In this document: piece after piece, positions 28,491-37,961 of the stretch
How the letters are laid out: each line of letters starts with the position of its first letter
How positions within the stretch are numbered: position 1 is the first letter of the stretch
Assembly: GCA_026986575.1 (NCBI GenBank)
Contig: JALSOH010000004.1
Location: 819,082 to 883,081 of the forward strand
DNA from: Thermoproteota archaeon
GTDB lineage: Archaea > Korarchaeota > Korarchaeia > Korarchaeales > Korarchaeaceae
Length of the DNA stretch: 64,000 bases
Direction: 5' to 3'
Notes under the pieces: model-generated
What the model saw: only the letters and a program-made list of their open reading frames with translations
The model's database searches: none
Told to the model about the DNA's origin: nothing
Program-made: the position numbers and the translations under genes

Positions 28491-30260
28491 TCAGGACCTC
28501 CTCAACCTCTTGGCTCCCAGCGCGAGGATGATGACTAGTAAGAGTGCAACTACTCCGTAGATCCAGGTCTCCCCGCCAGTGCCCACGGGTCGTGCCTGCT
28601 CTCCAGTGACCTCAGGCTTGTACTGACCGTACTCTACCGCTTTGTTGCCGACGGCATCGTATGCCTCGATCCTATAGTAGAAGCTCTGGTTGGCTGGCAT
28701 CTTGAATGTGGGCCAGCCCGTCTCTATCACAGGCTTCAACGGGTTCCAGCTCTTGTTGTCGGTGGAGGTGTAAGCCTTGACCTCCCTCACACCGGTACCC
28801 CTGTCGTAGGCCCTGTAAAAGAGGAGGACTTCCTCCCCGCTCTCCTTGATCTTCACGCTAAGCTCAGGGGGTTCCTTATCGGGCTCCGCTTGGAGGATCA
28901 CGAGCTTCCTCTGGTCCGGTGAGACCTTTACCGAGAGAAGGTAGTAACCGTGGCCCCCGACCTCCTTGGCCTCCACTATCTGAGCGCCACTGACCTGCGG
29001 CTCCGGATTGAACTTGCTCAGGATAATGGGTACCTTCAACTCAGCGGGAGACTTGCCAGATACGGTGAACGCTATGCTTCCAGAGGAGGCGTCAGGCACC
29101 CTGAGGAAGGTGACGTTAAGCTTCCAGAGCGTCGTGGTTGGCTCGTACCTGTAGGATCCGTCCTGCGCCAGGGTGAGGAGCCTGTAATGACCGTAGTCCT
29201 CAGCGGGTCCTCCATAACTTGTTCCGTGATCGTACTGGCCAGCATCGGTGAGTAGGACCTCCACATCTCCATACTTCCAGTCCCCATCGCTGTGCCAGTG
29301 GCCCACGAGCCAGAGCCTAATTCCGTGCTCGTGGGAGAAGTCTAAGAGATATTTGATGGTGTCGTTGTAGTCGACTATCTTCGTCTCGTTCCCCTCCTTC
29401 AGCCACAGTCTTATGTCCTTATCGTCGAATGGGTAGTGTATGAGGCCCACCCCCGCCTTGCTCCTAGCGGTCTTCAGGAAATCGAACTGGTCGCCGAATA
29501 TCTTGCCCGTGTCGGAGTCGGTTGCGAAGAAGGTCAGGTCCCCAAACGAAGTGTAGCCTGCGAGGGGAGCGAAGTACTTCTCCCAGTAATACGCATTCTT
29601 CTCTATCGCCGTGTAGTCGTTGTTCCCCTCGCACATTATGATCGGACGCTTGAGGGTGATGAGCTCCTCATAGGCCCTCCTGAACGGCTCCTCCTCATCC
29701 TTTGAGACGATCGCATCTATCACATCACCAGTATGTAGGATCAGGTCGATGCCCATTGAGTTGAATGTGCCTATAGCGGTCCTGAAGAGCAGCTCGTTCA
29801 TGGAGTGTTTGGGCAGGTCCCTGACCCCGAAGTGGGTGTCCGTCCAGTGGGCCACTTTCAGCTCCCTGTAGGAGTCGAAGAAGGCCACCGCATTGGGTTC
29901 AGTGTAAGATTTACCGCCAGCCACGACCGTCAGATTGTAGAGACCTGAAGGTGCGGATCCCCTGACGTTGACGTAGTAGCCCTGAGGGGTCTTCCCCCTA
30001 TCGGTAATCTCTAGGTATATCCTACCGGTGAAGACCGAAGACAGGTACACCTCGCTGGGCTCTCCCAAGTCCGGGTGGACCCATACCGTGAACTCGCTCC
30101 CGTTGATGACGAGGGCTGGTAGACCGATCCTCGGGTAGAGGATGCCGTTCAGCGGTTTGACGTGGTAGGGAGCGAACGGAGCGGGAGGCTCAGCATGAAT
30201 CCCCGCAGTGGAGAAGGGTAGGAGTAACAGGGTTAGGAGAACTAACCACCATGATCGCAA
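28491..30260 (-). CDS. Secreted, C-terminally anchored calcineurin-like metallophosphoesterase
   Basis: Signal peptide; TDTH, TGD, GNND, IHYP, GHWH; C-terminal TM plus basic tail. Confidence 0.88.
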   Translation of the reverse strand: MRSWWLVLLTLLLLPFSTAGIHAEPPAPFAPYHVKPLNGILYPRIGLPALVINGSEFTVWVHPDLGEPSEVYLSSVFTGRIYLEITDRGKTPQGYYVNVRGSAPSGLYNLTVVAGGKSYTEPNAVAFFDSYRELKVAHWTDTHFGVRDLPKHSMNELLFRTAIGTFNSMGIDLILHTGDVIDAIVSKDEEEPFRRAYEELITLKRPIIMCEGNNDYTAIEKNAYYWEKYFAPLAGYTSFGDLTFFATDSDTGKIFGDQFDFLKTARSKAGVGLIHYPFDDKDIRLWLKEGNETKIVDYNDTIKYLLDFSHEHGIRLWLVGHWHSDGDWKYGDVEVLLTDAGQYDHGTSYGGPAEDYGHYRLLTLAQDGSYRYEPTTTLWKLNVTFLRVPDASSGSIAFTVSGKSPAELKVPIILSKFNPEPQVSGAQIVEAKEVGGHGYYLLSVKVSPDQRKLVILQAEPDKEPPELSVKIKESGEEVLLFYRAYDRGTGVREVKAYTSTDNKSWNPLKPVIETGWPTFKMPANQSFYYRIEAYDAVGNKAVEYGQYKPEVTGEQARPVGTGGETWIYGVVALLLVIILALGAKRLRRS

Positions 30261-30428
30261 CTCGTTGACCCCCCGTTATCTGATGAGGGAGCTAAATACC
30301 TTAACCCTCTTCAAGTCAGGTGCGTTCGGTTACCGCGCTCGCGCTCTCAATGAGGTTAGGGCTCTCGAAGCAAGTGAAGCGAGAAGTCATCGCTCTAACT
30401 GTGGACGTCATCACTCACAGCTTTAGCA

Positions 30429-31325
30429 TCACTTCCCCCTTGACCTTTGAACCGCTCTACTCCTAAGCCTTCCCACTTCGTCCTCCGGAATGTACCACCT
30501 GCCAGCCAGCTTGACCGCCCTCAAGTATCCCTTCCTGGCGAGCTGCCCCAGGTAGTCGACGCTCATCCCCAGCTCCTTAGCCGCTGCCGATAGGGGAACC
30601 ATGCCCTCCAGCGATCCCAAGTAGAGGGTCAGGCTCTCGTCCACCGCCCTCGCCACGAGGTTAGCTATTGGTCTAGCTCTCCCCCTGTCAGCCTCCTCCA
30701 AAGCCATGTAGTAGGCCCTCCGCCTCTCCTTCCTTATGACGGCCAGTGGATAGCCCTGCCTCAGCAGGAGGAGGTTCATCAGGAGCCTGGCCACCCTCCC
30801 GTTCCCGTCGGTGAAGGGGTGGATGGCCGTGAGGTAGGCGTGGGCCACGGCAGCCAGCTCGATCGGGTGGAGCTGATCACCGGCGCCGTTCAACCAGTCA
30901 ACGAACCTCCCCATCAATTTCGGAACTTCCGAAGAAGGGGGCGGTACGTGACCCGATCCCCCGATGAAGACCTGTTCCCTCCTGTACTCGCCCGGTCTCG
31001 CTTCCCATATCCCCATCATCACGAGGTGGTGGAGCTTGAGCAGGTCGAACTCCTCCACCCTCTCAGCGCGAGCGAGATCCTCCACGTACCTCAGAGCTTG
31101 AAGGTGGTTCCTGGCCTCTAAATGATCCCTCAAGGGCTTTCCTGCTACAGTTATACCTTCCTCGAGCACGAGCCTCGTCTCCCTGAGTGTGAGAGTGTTC
31201 CCCTCTATGGCGTTGGTGTTGTAGACGTACTCTATCGTCAGGAGGTTCCTCAGCCTAGCTAGGGCTTCTCTGCTGAGCGGGCGCTCGGAGCTGAGCCTCT
31301 TGAATCCCTCCTCTATCCTCGCCAT
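30429..31325 (-). CDS. Fic family protein with C-terminal excisionase-like HTH
   Basis: TNAIEGN, HPFTDGNGRVAR; LSAAAKELG..LRAVKLAGRWYI; start uncertain. Confidence 0.9.
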   Translation of the reverse strand: MARIEEGFKRLSSERPLSREALARLRNLLTIEYVYNTNAIEGNTLTLRETRLVLEEGITVAGKPLRDHLEARNHLQALRYVEDLARAERVEEFDLLKLHHLVMMGIWEARPGEYRREQVFIGGSGHVPPPSSEVPKLMGRFVDWLNGAGDQLHPIELAAVAHAYLTAIHPFTDGNGRVARLLMNLLLLRQGYPLAVIRKERRRAYYMALEEADRGRARPIANLVARAVDESLTLYLGSLEGMVPLSAAAKELGMSVDYLGQLARKGYLRAVKLAGRWYIPEDEVGRLRSRAVQRSRGK

Positions 31326-32068
31326 GAGCGCCGGGGCTATCAGCGGGGACCTAGCTTGTTCCAGCAGGAGGAATCTGTATCGACTAATCATGTTTTTCCG
31401 TATTATCGATATAGGTAACAATATATAAAGACTGATCGCCGACGCTCGATGGGTTGCGCGTCGGGTCACTCCTCATTTACCGATCATTACGCGCGGGTAT
31501 TATCTCCGTATGATCTGCGCATCACATCCTCGTCCCATCAAATTTAATCCTCCATTATCAAGTCGGCTGAGGGTGTGTGGTCTTTGAAGGGGCCGTCCGA
31601 CGCTTACCTAGATGAGATTCGCATGTACTTCAAGGATAACCCTTGGATTCCCATCCTGAGGACTAGATCTCATGATCCAAATTTGAGCGAGCGTGCGCCG
31701 GGAGAGGCAGATCTGCTGGGATGATCGCGCAACCGTTTCACGTAGCAACCCACGCGCGAAGGTGGACATCTACACCTAAGACGTCGACGGGGTTACGATT
31801 AGCGTTCTGGAGGAGGGGAGTTCGCTGGATCGAGGTGGGAAAGGTCAAAATCCGGGTTCCTCCCCGAGTCCCTAGAGTGAGACCTCGAGGATGTATCCGC
31901 GAGGAGATTACTCCAAGCTCAGTAACTGATCGCACGGCACTTATATATCTTCTTCAACCGGAAGAACGTTAGGCGCGCGACCAAGAGAGCGCGCAGACTC
32001 TTTAGCTGGATCAGGCTTGGTATAGTGGTGCCAAGGTACCCCAAGATACCTCTTCACATGTGCTCCTG

Positions 32069-32845
32069 CTAATACACGAAGACGTATCTCACTCCAACAG
32101 ATCTCAACTCTTTAGTCAGCCGGGCTTTCAGTCTCCTATAGTAAGAATCTAGATCACTATCCCAGTCCTTTACCCCCAGCTTACGCATGGCAGTATCCAA
32201 CTTGGGTCTCAACCCGGGCTTCATGTTCAACCTGTCGAAGTATGCGACATCAGCCTTCCCCCTCAAAGCTCTCACCAGCTCCAAAACCTCCTCAACGCTC
32301 GTACCCGGTAATATCGGTCCGATGAAGGCGAAAGTCCCTATTCCTCGCTCCTTCAACTCCTCTAGGGCCTGAATCCTCCCATCCACACTTGGGGCGCGGG
32401 GCTCCATGACCCTCCTCACCTCCTCTCCGAGGGTCACGATGGTCATGCCCACCCTAACCTGACTGAACCTCCTCAAGACGTCGATGTCCCTCAGCACCAA
32501 GGGAGACTTAGTCTGAACTAGGACGGGCCAATCCCTCTCCACCAATATCTCTAGGAGGCGCCTAGTGAGCTCGTACTCCCTCTCAACGGGCTGGTAAGGA
32601 TCGGTCATGGAGGATAGGTAGACGACACCCTCCCTTTTCCTCCTCACCTCCTTGGCTAGGAGCTCAGGAGCGTTCACCTTCACCTCAATGTAGCTACCCC
32701 AAGCTTCGGTGCGCCCCCACCTCCTCGCGTAAAATTGGGCGTAGCAGTAAATGCAGGCGTGCTGACATCCCACGTATGGGTTTATGACGTAATCGCCTAT
32801 GGAACTCCTGTTCAGGATGGACTTAGCCCTTACCTCCTTTATCAC
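32069..32845 (-). CDS. Radical SAM protein, spore photoproduct lyase-like family
   Basis: NPYVGCQHACIYCYA, TDPYQP.E, TKS, EPRA. Confidence 0.9.
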   Translation of the reverse strand: MIKEVRAKSILNRSSIGDYVINPYVGCQHACIYCYAQFYARRWGRTEAWGSYIEVKVNAPELLAKEVRRKREGVVYLSSMTDPYQPVEREYELTRRLLEILVERDWPVLVQTKSPLVLRDIDVLRRFSQVRVGMTIVTLGEEVRRVMEPRAPSVDGRIQALEELKERGIGTFAFIGPILPGTSVEEVLELVRALRGKADVAYFDRLNMKPGLRPKLDTAMRKLGVKDWDSDLDSYYRRLKARLTKELRSVGVRYVFVY

Positions 32846-33052
32846 AAGCCATTGTCCGCGAGTCCCTTAAGTGCGTATCGTCGCGGCCAGTTTTAATTAG
32901 ATCAGATTCAGATTGATTAGTAGGGAGGTTAGGAGTAGGGGCCAAGAATTACAGGAGGGCACCAAGATACGAAATCATATTCCCATAGACGGGATCTCCC
33001 TTCGTCTCTGGATCCCACAGATTTTATAGCTCGATCCTCCTCGTTAAGACCG

Positions 33053-34234
33053 GTGAAGAAGCTAAAGTTACTGACCGAGGACTTCAAGGTCAGGAGACTT
33101 GATAAAGTAGAAGTACGCTCCTTGCTCGGTTACATACCCAGCGCGGGCACTCTGGTAGAGGGCTCCTCACCTCCCGAGATATTCGTAGGGAGGTATGGCT
33201 ACCCCAAAGTGTACATAGGTCCTCTGATCCCTCCCGTTCGGGGCAGCACGGAGCACTGGGGGATGAGCGAGCTCTGGTTCGGGAAGGGCCTGAAGGAGAT
33301 AGTGGCCATGAGAATCCAGCTCCTCAGGGGGAAGAGGAAGCTGAAAGTGACCCAGATAGACGATAGGTATGCGAGGGAGCTGCAGGAGTCCATGCTCTCT
33401 AGGGAGTCGGTGGACATGGAGGCTAGGCTCAGGCATCCCCCTAAAGGAGCGATTCTATCGGAGGTGCACCAGCCCTTCGGACCCTCTGCTCTCCTCGAGG
33501 AGCTGAGGGTGGAGCCAGGGAGGTCCGATTCCAGGATGGAGAGGGCCTACTACGACAGGGACGCCAGAGCAACGGAGGCCATGATCGAGCTCTACGAGAG
33601 AGGGGTTCCTGTATCAAAGATCCAGCAGGGGCTCAGTGCTGGCCTCCTCGGCATCGGGAGGAACAGGAAGTTCGTCCCTACTAGGTGGTCCATAACCGCT
33701 GTGGACGACACCCTTTCCAAATACCTGCTGAGGGAGGTCAGGACATACACTGAGATAAACGAGTACAGGCTGTACTACGGCGAGTACCTCAAGAACAGGT
33801 GGTCCGTGATCATGTTTCCCGAGAGGTGGAGTTACGAGTCCATAGAGGTTTGGTTCCCCGGGACCCTCCTGGAGGAGGTTGCCCTAGCGGGAGATTACGA
33901 GCCCTTCGAGGGTAGGTGGAGCTATGCCAGCATGGGAGGCTGCTACTATGCTGGAAGGCTGGCCGTGGCTGAGAAGCTCAGGGAGGAGAGGAGGCAGGCT
34001 ACCGTGCTGATTCTCAGGGAGGCCCATCCGGGATACCTTCCCGTGGGAGTGTGGAATGTTAGGGAGACGGTCAGACACGTGCTCAGGTCCGATCCGCTTA
34101 AGTGCGACGAGCTGAGAGAGTGCCTCCAGCACGTGGAGAAGAGGATGAGCACTCCCCTCGATGTCTGGGTGGAGAATTCCGTGATCCTGAGGAAGCACCT
34201 GATCAAAGCGTCGCTTCAGGAGTACTTTAAGTGA
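33053..34234 (+). CDS. nreA: Nre family DNA repair protein with C-terminal PIP-like box
   Basis: GSSPP.IFVGRYGYPKV, VPTRWSITAVD, GGCYYAGRL, PVGVW.VRE, C-terminal ASLQEYF. Confidence 0.9.
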   Translation: MKKLKLLTEDFKVRRLDKVEVRSLLGYIPSAGTLVEGSSPPEIFVGRYGYPKVYIGPLIPPVRGSTEHWGMSELWFGKGLKEIVAMRIQLLRGKRKLKVTQIDDRYARELQESMLSRESVDMEARLRHPPKGAILSEVHQPFGPSALLEELRVEPGRSDSRMERAYYDRDARATEAMIELYERGVPVSKIQQGLSAGLLGIGRNRKFVPTRWSITAVDDTLSKYLLREVRTYTEINEYRLYYGEYLKNRWSVIMFPERWSYESIEVWFPGTLLEEVALAGDYEPFEGRWSYASMGGCYYAGRLAVAEKLREERRQATVLILREAHPGYLPVGVWNVRETVRHVLRSDPLKCDELRECLQHVEKRMSTPLDVWVENSVILRKHLIKASLQEYFK

Positions 34235-34311
34235 GATAACACATTTGGACGGGAGATCAGACCTTCATGGATGGGTTATAAGTGAGCAGCCAATCTCGGC
34301 CCTGGATCCAC

Positions 34312-34695
34312 ATGCTCAGGGTAGCGGTTGGCGTGGACGACGACGAGACCAAGTTAAGCCAAGAGCATTTCGGTGACGCCAAGTACTACCTGATATACGA
34401 GGTGGAGGAGGACGGGAGCTACCGGCTCGTGGAGAAGAGGGTGAACACGGTCAGGGAGATGGAGGAGAGGGAGCACGGGGACCCTAGGAAATTCAAAGCT
34501 GTGGTGGAGCTCCTGAGCGATGTCGATGTCTTCTTAGCGGGGAGAACGGGGCCCAACTTCCTCAGGGTCAGGGAGTCGAGGCACTACCCCATCGTGGTCG
34601 GGAGGAGGACTGTGGAGGAAGCTCTCTCAATCTTGGTGTGCAGGCTGGATGAGGTCCTAGACGAGGTTAGGAGGAGGAAGGACCTCAGGCGGTGA
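34312..34695 (+). CDS. NifB/NifX-family (dinitrogenase FeMo-cofactor domain) protein
   Basis: HFGDA.YY.IYE, DVDV...GPN. Confidence 0.85.
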   Translation: MLRVAVGVDDDETKLSQEHFGDAKYYLIYEVEEDGSYRLVEKRVNTVREMEEREHGDPRKFKAVVELLSDVDVFLAGRTGPNFLRVRESRHYPIVVGRRTVEEALSILVCRLDEVLDEVRRRKDLRR

Positions 34696-34704
34696 ATCAA
34701 TCTC

Positions 34705-34756
34705 ATCATCATCGGTCATCATTAATAATTACATGATGATTCAGCACATGATGACC
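34705..34756. promoter_or_regulatory. Nested TCATCAT/ATGATGA inverted repeats over the antitoxin promoter and start
   Basis: GGTCATCAT (34714) pairs with ATGATGACC (34748); further copies at 34705 and 34733. Confidence 0.5.
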
Positions 34757-34984
34757 TACACAACGATACCCGTGAAGAAGGAGGTAAAGAGGAAACTTGA
34801 GCTCCTTAAAGGAGACAGGGACTGGAGCGATTTTCTGAACGAGCTGGCTGAAGAAGTCAATAAAGTCAAAAGAGACAAAGCCTTCGAGAAGCTGAGGGAA
34901 GAGGTGCTCCCCTACTTGGACGAGGTGGAGGAATCCCACAGGAGGTTCAGGAGGGAATTCTCACTTGATACTGATCGACACTGA
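34748..34984 (+). CDS. vapB: VapB-type antitoxin
   Basis: YTTIPVKKEVKRKLE.LKG..WSDFL; overlaps the PIN gene. Confidence 0.8.
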   Translation: MMTYTTIPVKKEVKRKLELLKGDRDWSDFLNELAEEVNKVKRDKAFEKLREEVLPYLDEVEESHRRFRREFSLDTDRH

Positions 34985-35345
34985 TGTCCTGACAAATTCC
35001 CTCAGGAATGGCAAAAGGGTCGGGGATGCGATCTCCGCGATCGCTCTCTTGGAGTTCATTAGGGGAACACCTAGCGAGAAGAGGGAGGAAGTGAAGAGAC
35101 TGTTAGAAGAGACCTACGAAGTAATCTGGCTGGATAACTCCATCCTGCTTGAGTACAGCAGACTTTACGATGTGCTGAAGGAGGAGGGATCCTTAATAGG
35201 CGATGCGGATCTGCTCATAGCGGCGACGGCAATATCTAAGGGGATGGAGCTACTCACCGGCAACCTTAGGCACTTCGCGAGGCTTAGGAGGTACGGACTC
35301 CGTCTTAAGGGAATGGAGGCGAGGAGTGGCTCAGAGATCACTTAG
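34965..35345 (+). CDS. vapC: PIN domain toxin
   Basis: LIDTDVL, LEF, DADLLIAATA, T.N.RHF. Confidence 0.92.
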   Translation: MILIDTDVLTNSLRNGKRVGDAISAIALLEFIRGTPSEKREEVKRLLEETYEVIWLDNSILLEYSRLYDVLKEEGSLIGDADLLIAATAISKGMELLTGNLRHFARLRRYGLRLKGMEARSGSEIT

Positions 35346-36013
35346 ATGTACCGACCTCCTCTCGAGGCCACCATGCCACCCAAGTTAAAGCAGGAGTGGA
35401 TCAGCACGGCTGGCAGCAGGGAATCGGCGTAGACCCTGAAGAAGCCGGCCACGAGACCCGCGGTCAGCGCTGTCGTCAGGACCCACCTAAGGTAGCAAGG
35501 GGGGGCCTCCCTGTAGGGTACATAGTGGATCGCTGCGAAAAGGACCGCGGGCAGTGATATCGCTATTACCAGCGAGGTCGGATTCCCGCCCAGGCTCAGC
35601 AGCAGGTAGCCCTCCAGCAGACCTCTAAAGAGCATCTCCTCACCGATCGGTGCTATAAGAAGGAGGAGAATTACTCTCTCTGCCATGCCCTTGGGAAGGT
35701 GTGGAGATTCGTAGTAGCAGCTTCTGTAGGCGAGGCTACTCATAAACAGTGATAGGGGAAGGGAGATTGAGGCGGCCAGACCCAGCTTGTAAGGCGGAGC
35801 TCCCGAGAGAATGGAATAAGTCCAAACACCACCGGTGAGGTGGATTAGCAGCAGGGAGATCAGTCCATAAAGGACTTGGGAGGCAATTGCCGGGTAAAAG
35901 GGCCTCTCAGGTGCGAGTCTCGCGATGTAGGTTGCTACGAGCGCCGAGATCGATATTACTAGCCCCCACATGCCGATGGCTGTGGCTAGGGCTGCGATCC
36001 ACATGCACCCCAT
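35342..36013 (-). CDS. CPBP family intramembrane metalloprotease
   Basis: EEMLFRG, FAAIH, HSCFN. Confidence 0.9.
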   Translation of the reverse strand: MGCMWIAALATAIGMWGLVISISALVATYIARLAPERPFYPAIASQVLYGLISLLLIHLTGGVWTYSILSGAPPYKLGLAASISLPLSLFMSSLAYRSCYYESPHLPKGMAERVILLLLIAPIGEEMLFRGLLEGYLLLSLGGNPTSLVIAISLPAVLFAAIHYVPYREAPPCYLRWVLTTALTAGLVAGFFRVYADSLLPAVLIHSCFNLGGMVASRGGRYI

Positions 36014-36033
36014 CCTCCTGAATTTACTAAAAA

Positions 36034-37635
36034 ATGCGCACGGTACTCATCTCATCCCCGAGGGGAATCGAAGGAAGGAAGGTAGGAAAGGAATTAAGTT
36101 TCCGGGATAGGGAAATACGGGAGGTAGGAGTGGAGGTCAGGGACATTTTCTTAGGCGTCTCGGGACACATACCCGAGGAGTGGATAGTGGCCTCGGATAT
36201 CGACACCCTCACCGCCCACGATCCCAAGGCTCCCCTCGCCATAGTTTTCGCCTCAAAGCTGGACCCAGATTCCCTCTCAAGAAAGCTCCTGAACTTAGTC
36301 CAGAAAGTACTCGGAGCTCCTCTACTGAACGTTAGAGCGGTCAGAAGGGAATTTATAGAGGTAAAGGCCGATTTACCATCCTCTCAAGGACTTCAACTGC
36401 TCGGGCTGCCGCCAGGAAAGCTGATCTTGAGGATACGACCGGGTCAGCTGACTAGGGGGTGGATCGCCCACCAATCCCTCTTCACCACAGAGCTGGAGGA
36501 GATATCTTCGACATTCCATCCCGCTGAAGTCGTGAGGGCCAAGCCCCTTAGGATCGTGGATCCGGTTAGGAGAAAGACCGCGTTCAACTCAATGGTGCCC
36601 GAATCGGCGAGAGTGGAACATGGCTTGCTGAACGAGTCCCCTTACTTGGACATTAGGGGGAGAGGGTACAGGGTCGTCCTATACCCGCCCCAGAACTTCG
36701 TGCACGGGGATAACTTCATAGCTCAGGCCTATCTGGCGATGGGGTACAGACCACACCCCTACGTGGATGCCAAGAATTACGCGTCCTCAGTCCTCAGCTC
36801 GATGGGATACCGGGTTACTGGAGTGGAGAGAGCTCCCATACCTGGAATCATCTCTCACGAGGTCTATGCATCCTTGGGCAGGTCCCTTGCCTCGGACATG
36901 CCTCCTATGATCAGCTCTTCCATCGCATGGTTGGATGGAGGGGCGGCCTGGGCCGTGACGATAGGGGAGAACCTCATGGACGTCCAGCTCTGGAGGGCTT
37001 ACCTATACCTAGCTCTCGGCGAGGATGCGCTGGATATCCTGCAGAGCACCGTGCTGCACACAAGCGCCGACGTCAGGTGGCTCAACACCCTCAGCAGAGA
37101 GAGCAACGCGATGTACAGATCCATAAGATCATCAATAAGGTCTTTCAGACTACCCAAGATTGATCTGGGCTCGTACATCCCGCAGATCCAGGAGGATAGG
37201 GACGAGTGGTGGAACGGTGACGACTGGACCGGGGGACCTGGGAACGAGGACTACTCTCCCGACTCGACCTGGCTCTCCGACGAGATCTCCACTGGAACGG
37301 GGATGGATACCTTCTATGTGGACGGTGACGGGAGTGTGAGGAACATGGATCTAGGCGAGGAGGTGTCGTTCCATGAGATAGACAGCGAGGGCATATTAAG
37401 GGACGAGGAGGGGAATGAGGTCGGCTATGTGGATGATGGTTACGTTTACGACAGTGAGGGGGACAGGATGGGCTGGCTGGACACATCTATAAGCGACGAG
37501 TGGCAGATGGAGAGGCTAGAGTCGGAGAGCTCCGATCCAGTCGACGTATTCGGTTACTACGACTGGGGGGCTCAGAGGAATGAGGAGTCTACAGAGACAC
37601 CCTACTACTCCAAGCGAGATGAGGAAGAAGAGTGA
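36034..37635 (+). CDS. Hypothetical protein with highly acidic C-terminal region
   Basis: 533-aa ORF; last ~150 aa are D/E/G-rich with DxxGxxxGY/W hairpin repeats. Confidence 0.75.
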   Translation: MRTVLISSPRGIEGRKVGKELSFRDREIREVGVEVRDIFLGVSGHIPEEWIVASDIDTLTAHDPKAPLAIVFASKLDPDSLSRKLLNLVQKVLGAPLLNVRAVRREFIEVKADLPSSQGLQLLGLPPGKLILRIRPGQLTRGWIAHQSLFTTELEEISSTFHPAEVVRAKPLRIVDPVRRKTAFNSMVPESARVEHGLLNESPYLDIRGRGYRVVLYPPQNFVHGDNFIAQAYLAMGYRPHPYVDAKNYASSVLSSMGYRVTGVERAPIPGIISHEVYASLGRSLASDMPPMISSSIAWLDGGAAWAVTIGENLMDVQLWRAYLYLALGEDALDILQSTVLHTSADVRWLNTLSRESNAMYRSIRSSIRSFRLPKIDLGSYIPQIQEDRDEWWNGDDWTGGPGNEDYSPDSTWLSDEISTGTGMDTFYVDGDGSVRNMDLGEEVSFHEIDSEGILRDEEGNEVGYVDDGYVYDSEGDRMGWLDTSISDEWQMERLESESSDPVDVFGYYDWGAQRNEESTETPYYSKRDEEEE

Positions 37636-37637
37636 CC

Positions 37638-37670
37638 GGCTAGCCTAGTGGTCAGCTAGCCTCTCCCCTC
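37638..37670 (+). terminator. Hairpin plus pyrimidine tract right after the stop codon
   Basis: GGCTAGC (37638) / GCTAGCC (37655), then TCTCCCCTC. Confidence 0.3.
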
Positions 37671-37961
37671 TCAAACATCCGGGGGCGTTGCGGTTCAGCG
37701 GCGCCCCAGCAGCATGTCGAGCGTCGATATCACCGTAACCACCACACCGATCAGGAGCTGGAGAGACTATCCCCTCGCTTCCCTCCCGTCCTCCACGGGG
37801 GAATCACCATCAAAGGTACGAGAAGGAGTTAAGTGACTAAGGGGATTTTTTCTCGTTCTAATAGGATCTGCCTGCGCGGATCGTCCCCGTCCTCCATAAA
37901 AACCTCCCTTGAACACCGCGAGTGGTTCTAGGGGAGCCAGCAGGGGTGCGAGGTACTGAGG

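Noticed and set aside
30370-30432. GTGATGA and GCGATGA boxes on the minus strand as a C/D sRNA
   Set aside because: No CTGA D box at the expected distance
31470-32060. Long gap with short ORFs, examined for ncRNA or repeats
   Set aside because: Looks like degraded coding sequence; no repeat, array or convincing structure seen
34685-34722. Minus-strand ATGATGA..CTGA with a 9-nt stretch complementary to the 16S motif GCGGTGAAT, a possible C/D box sRNA
   Set aside because: No proper second guide or box spacing; the repeats are explained as an antitoxin operator and a 9-nt match can be chance
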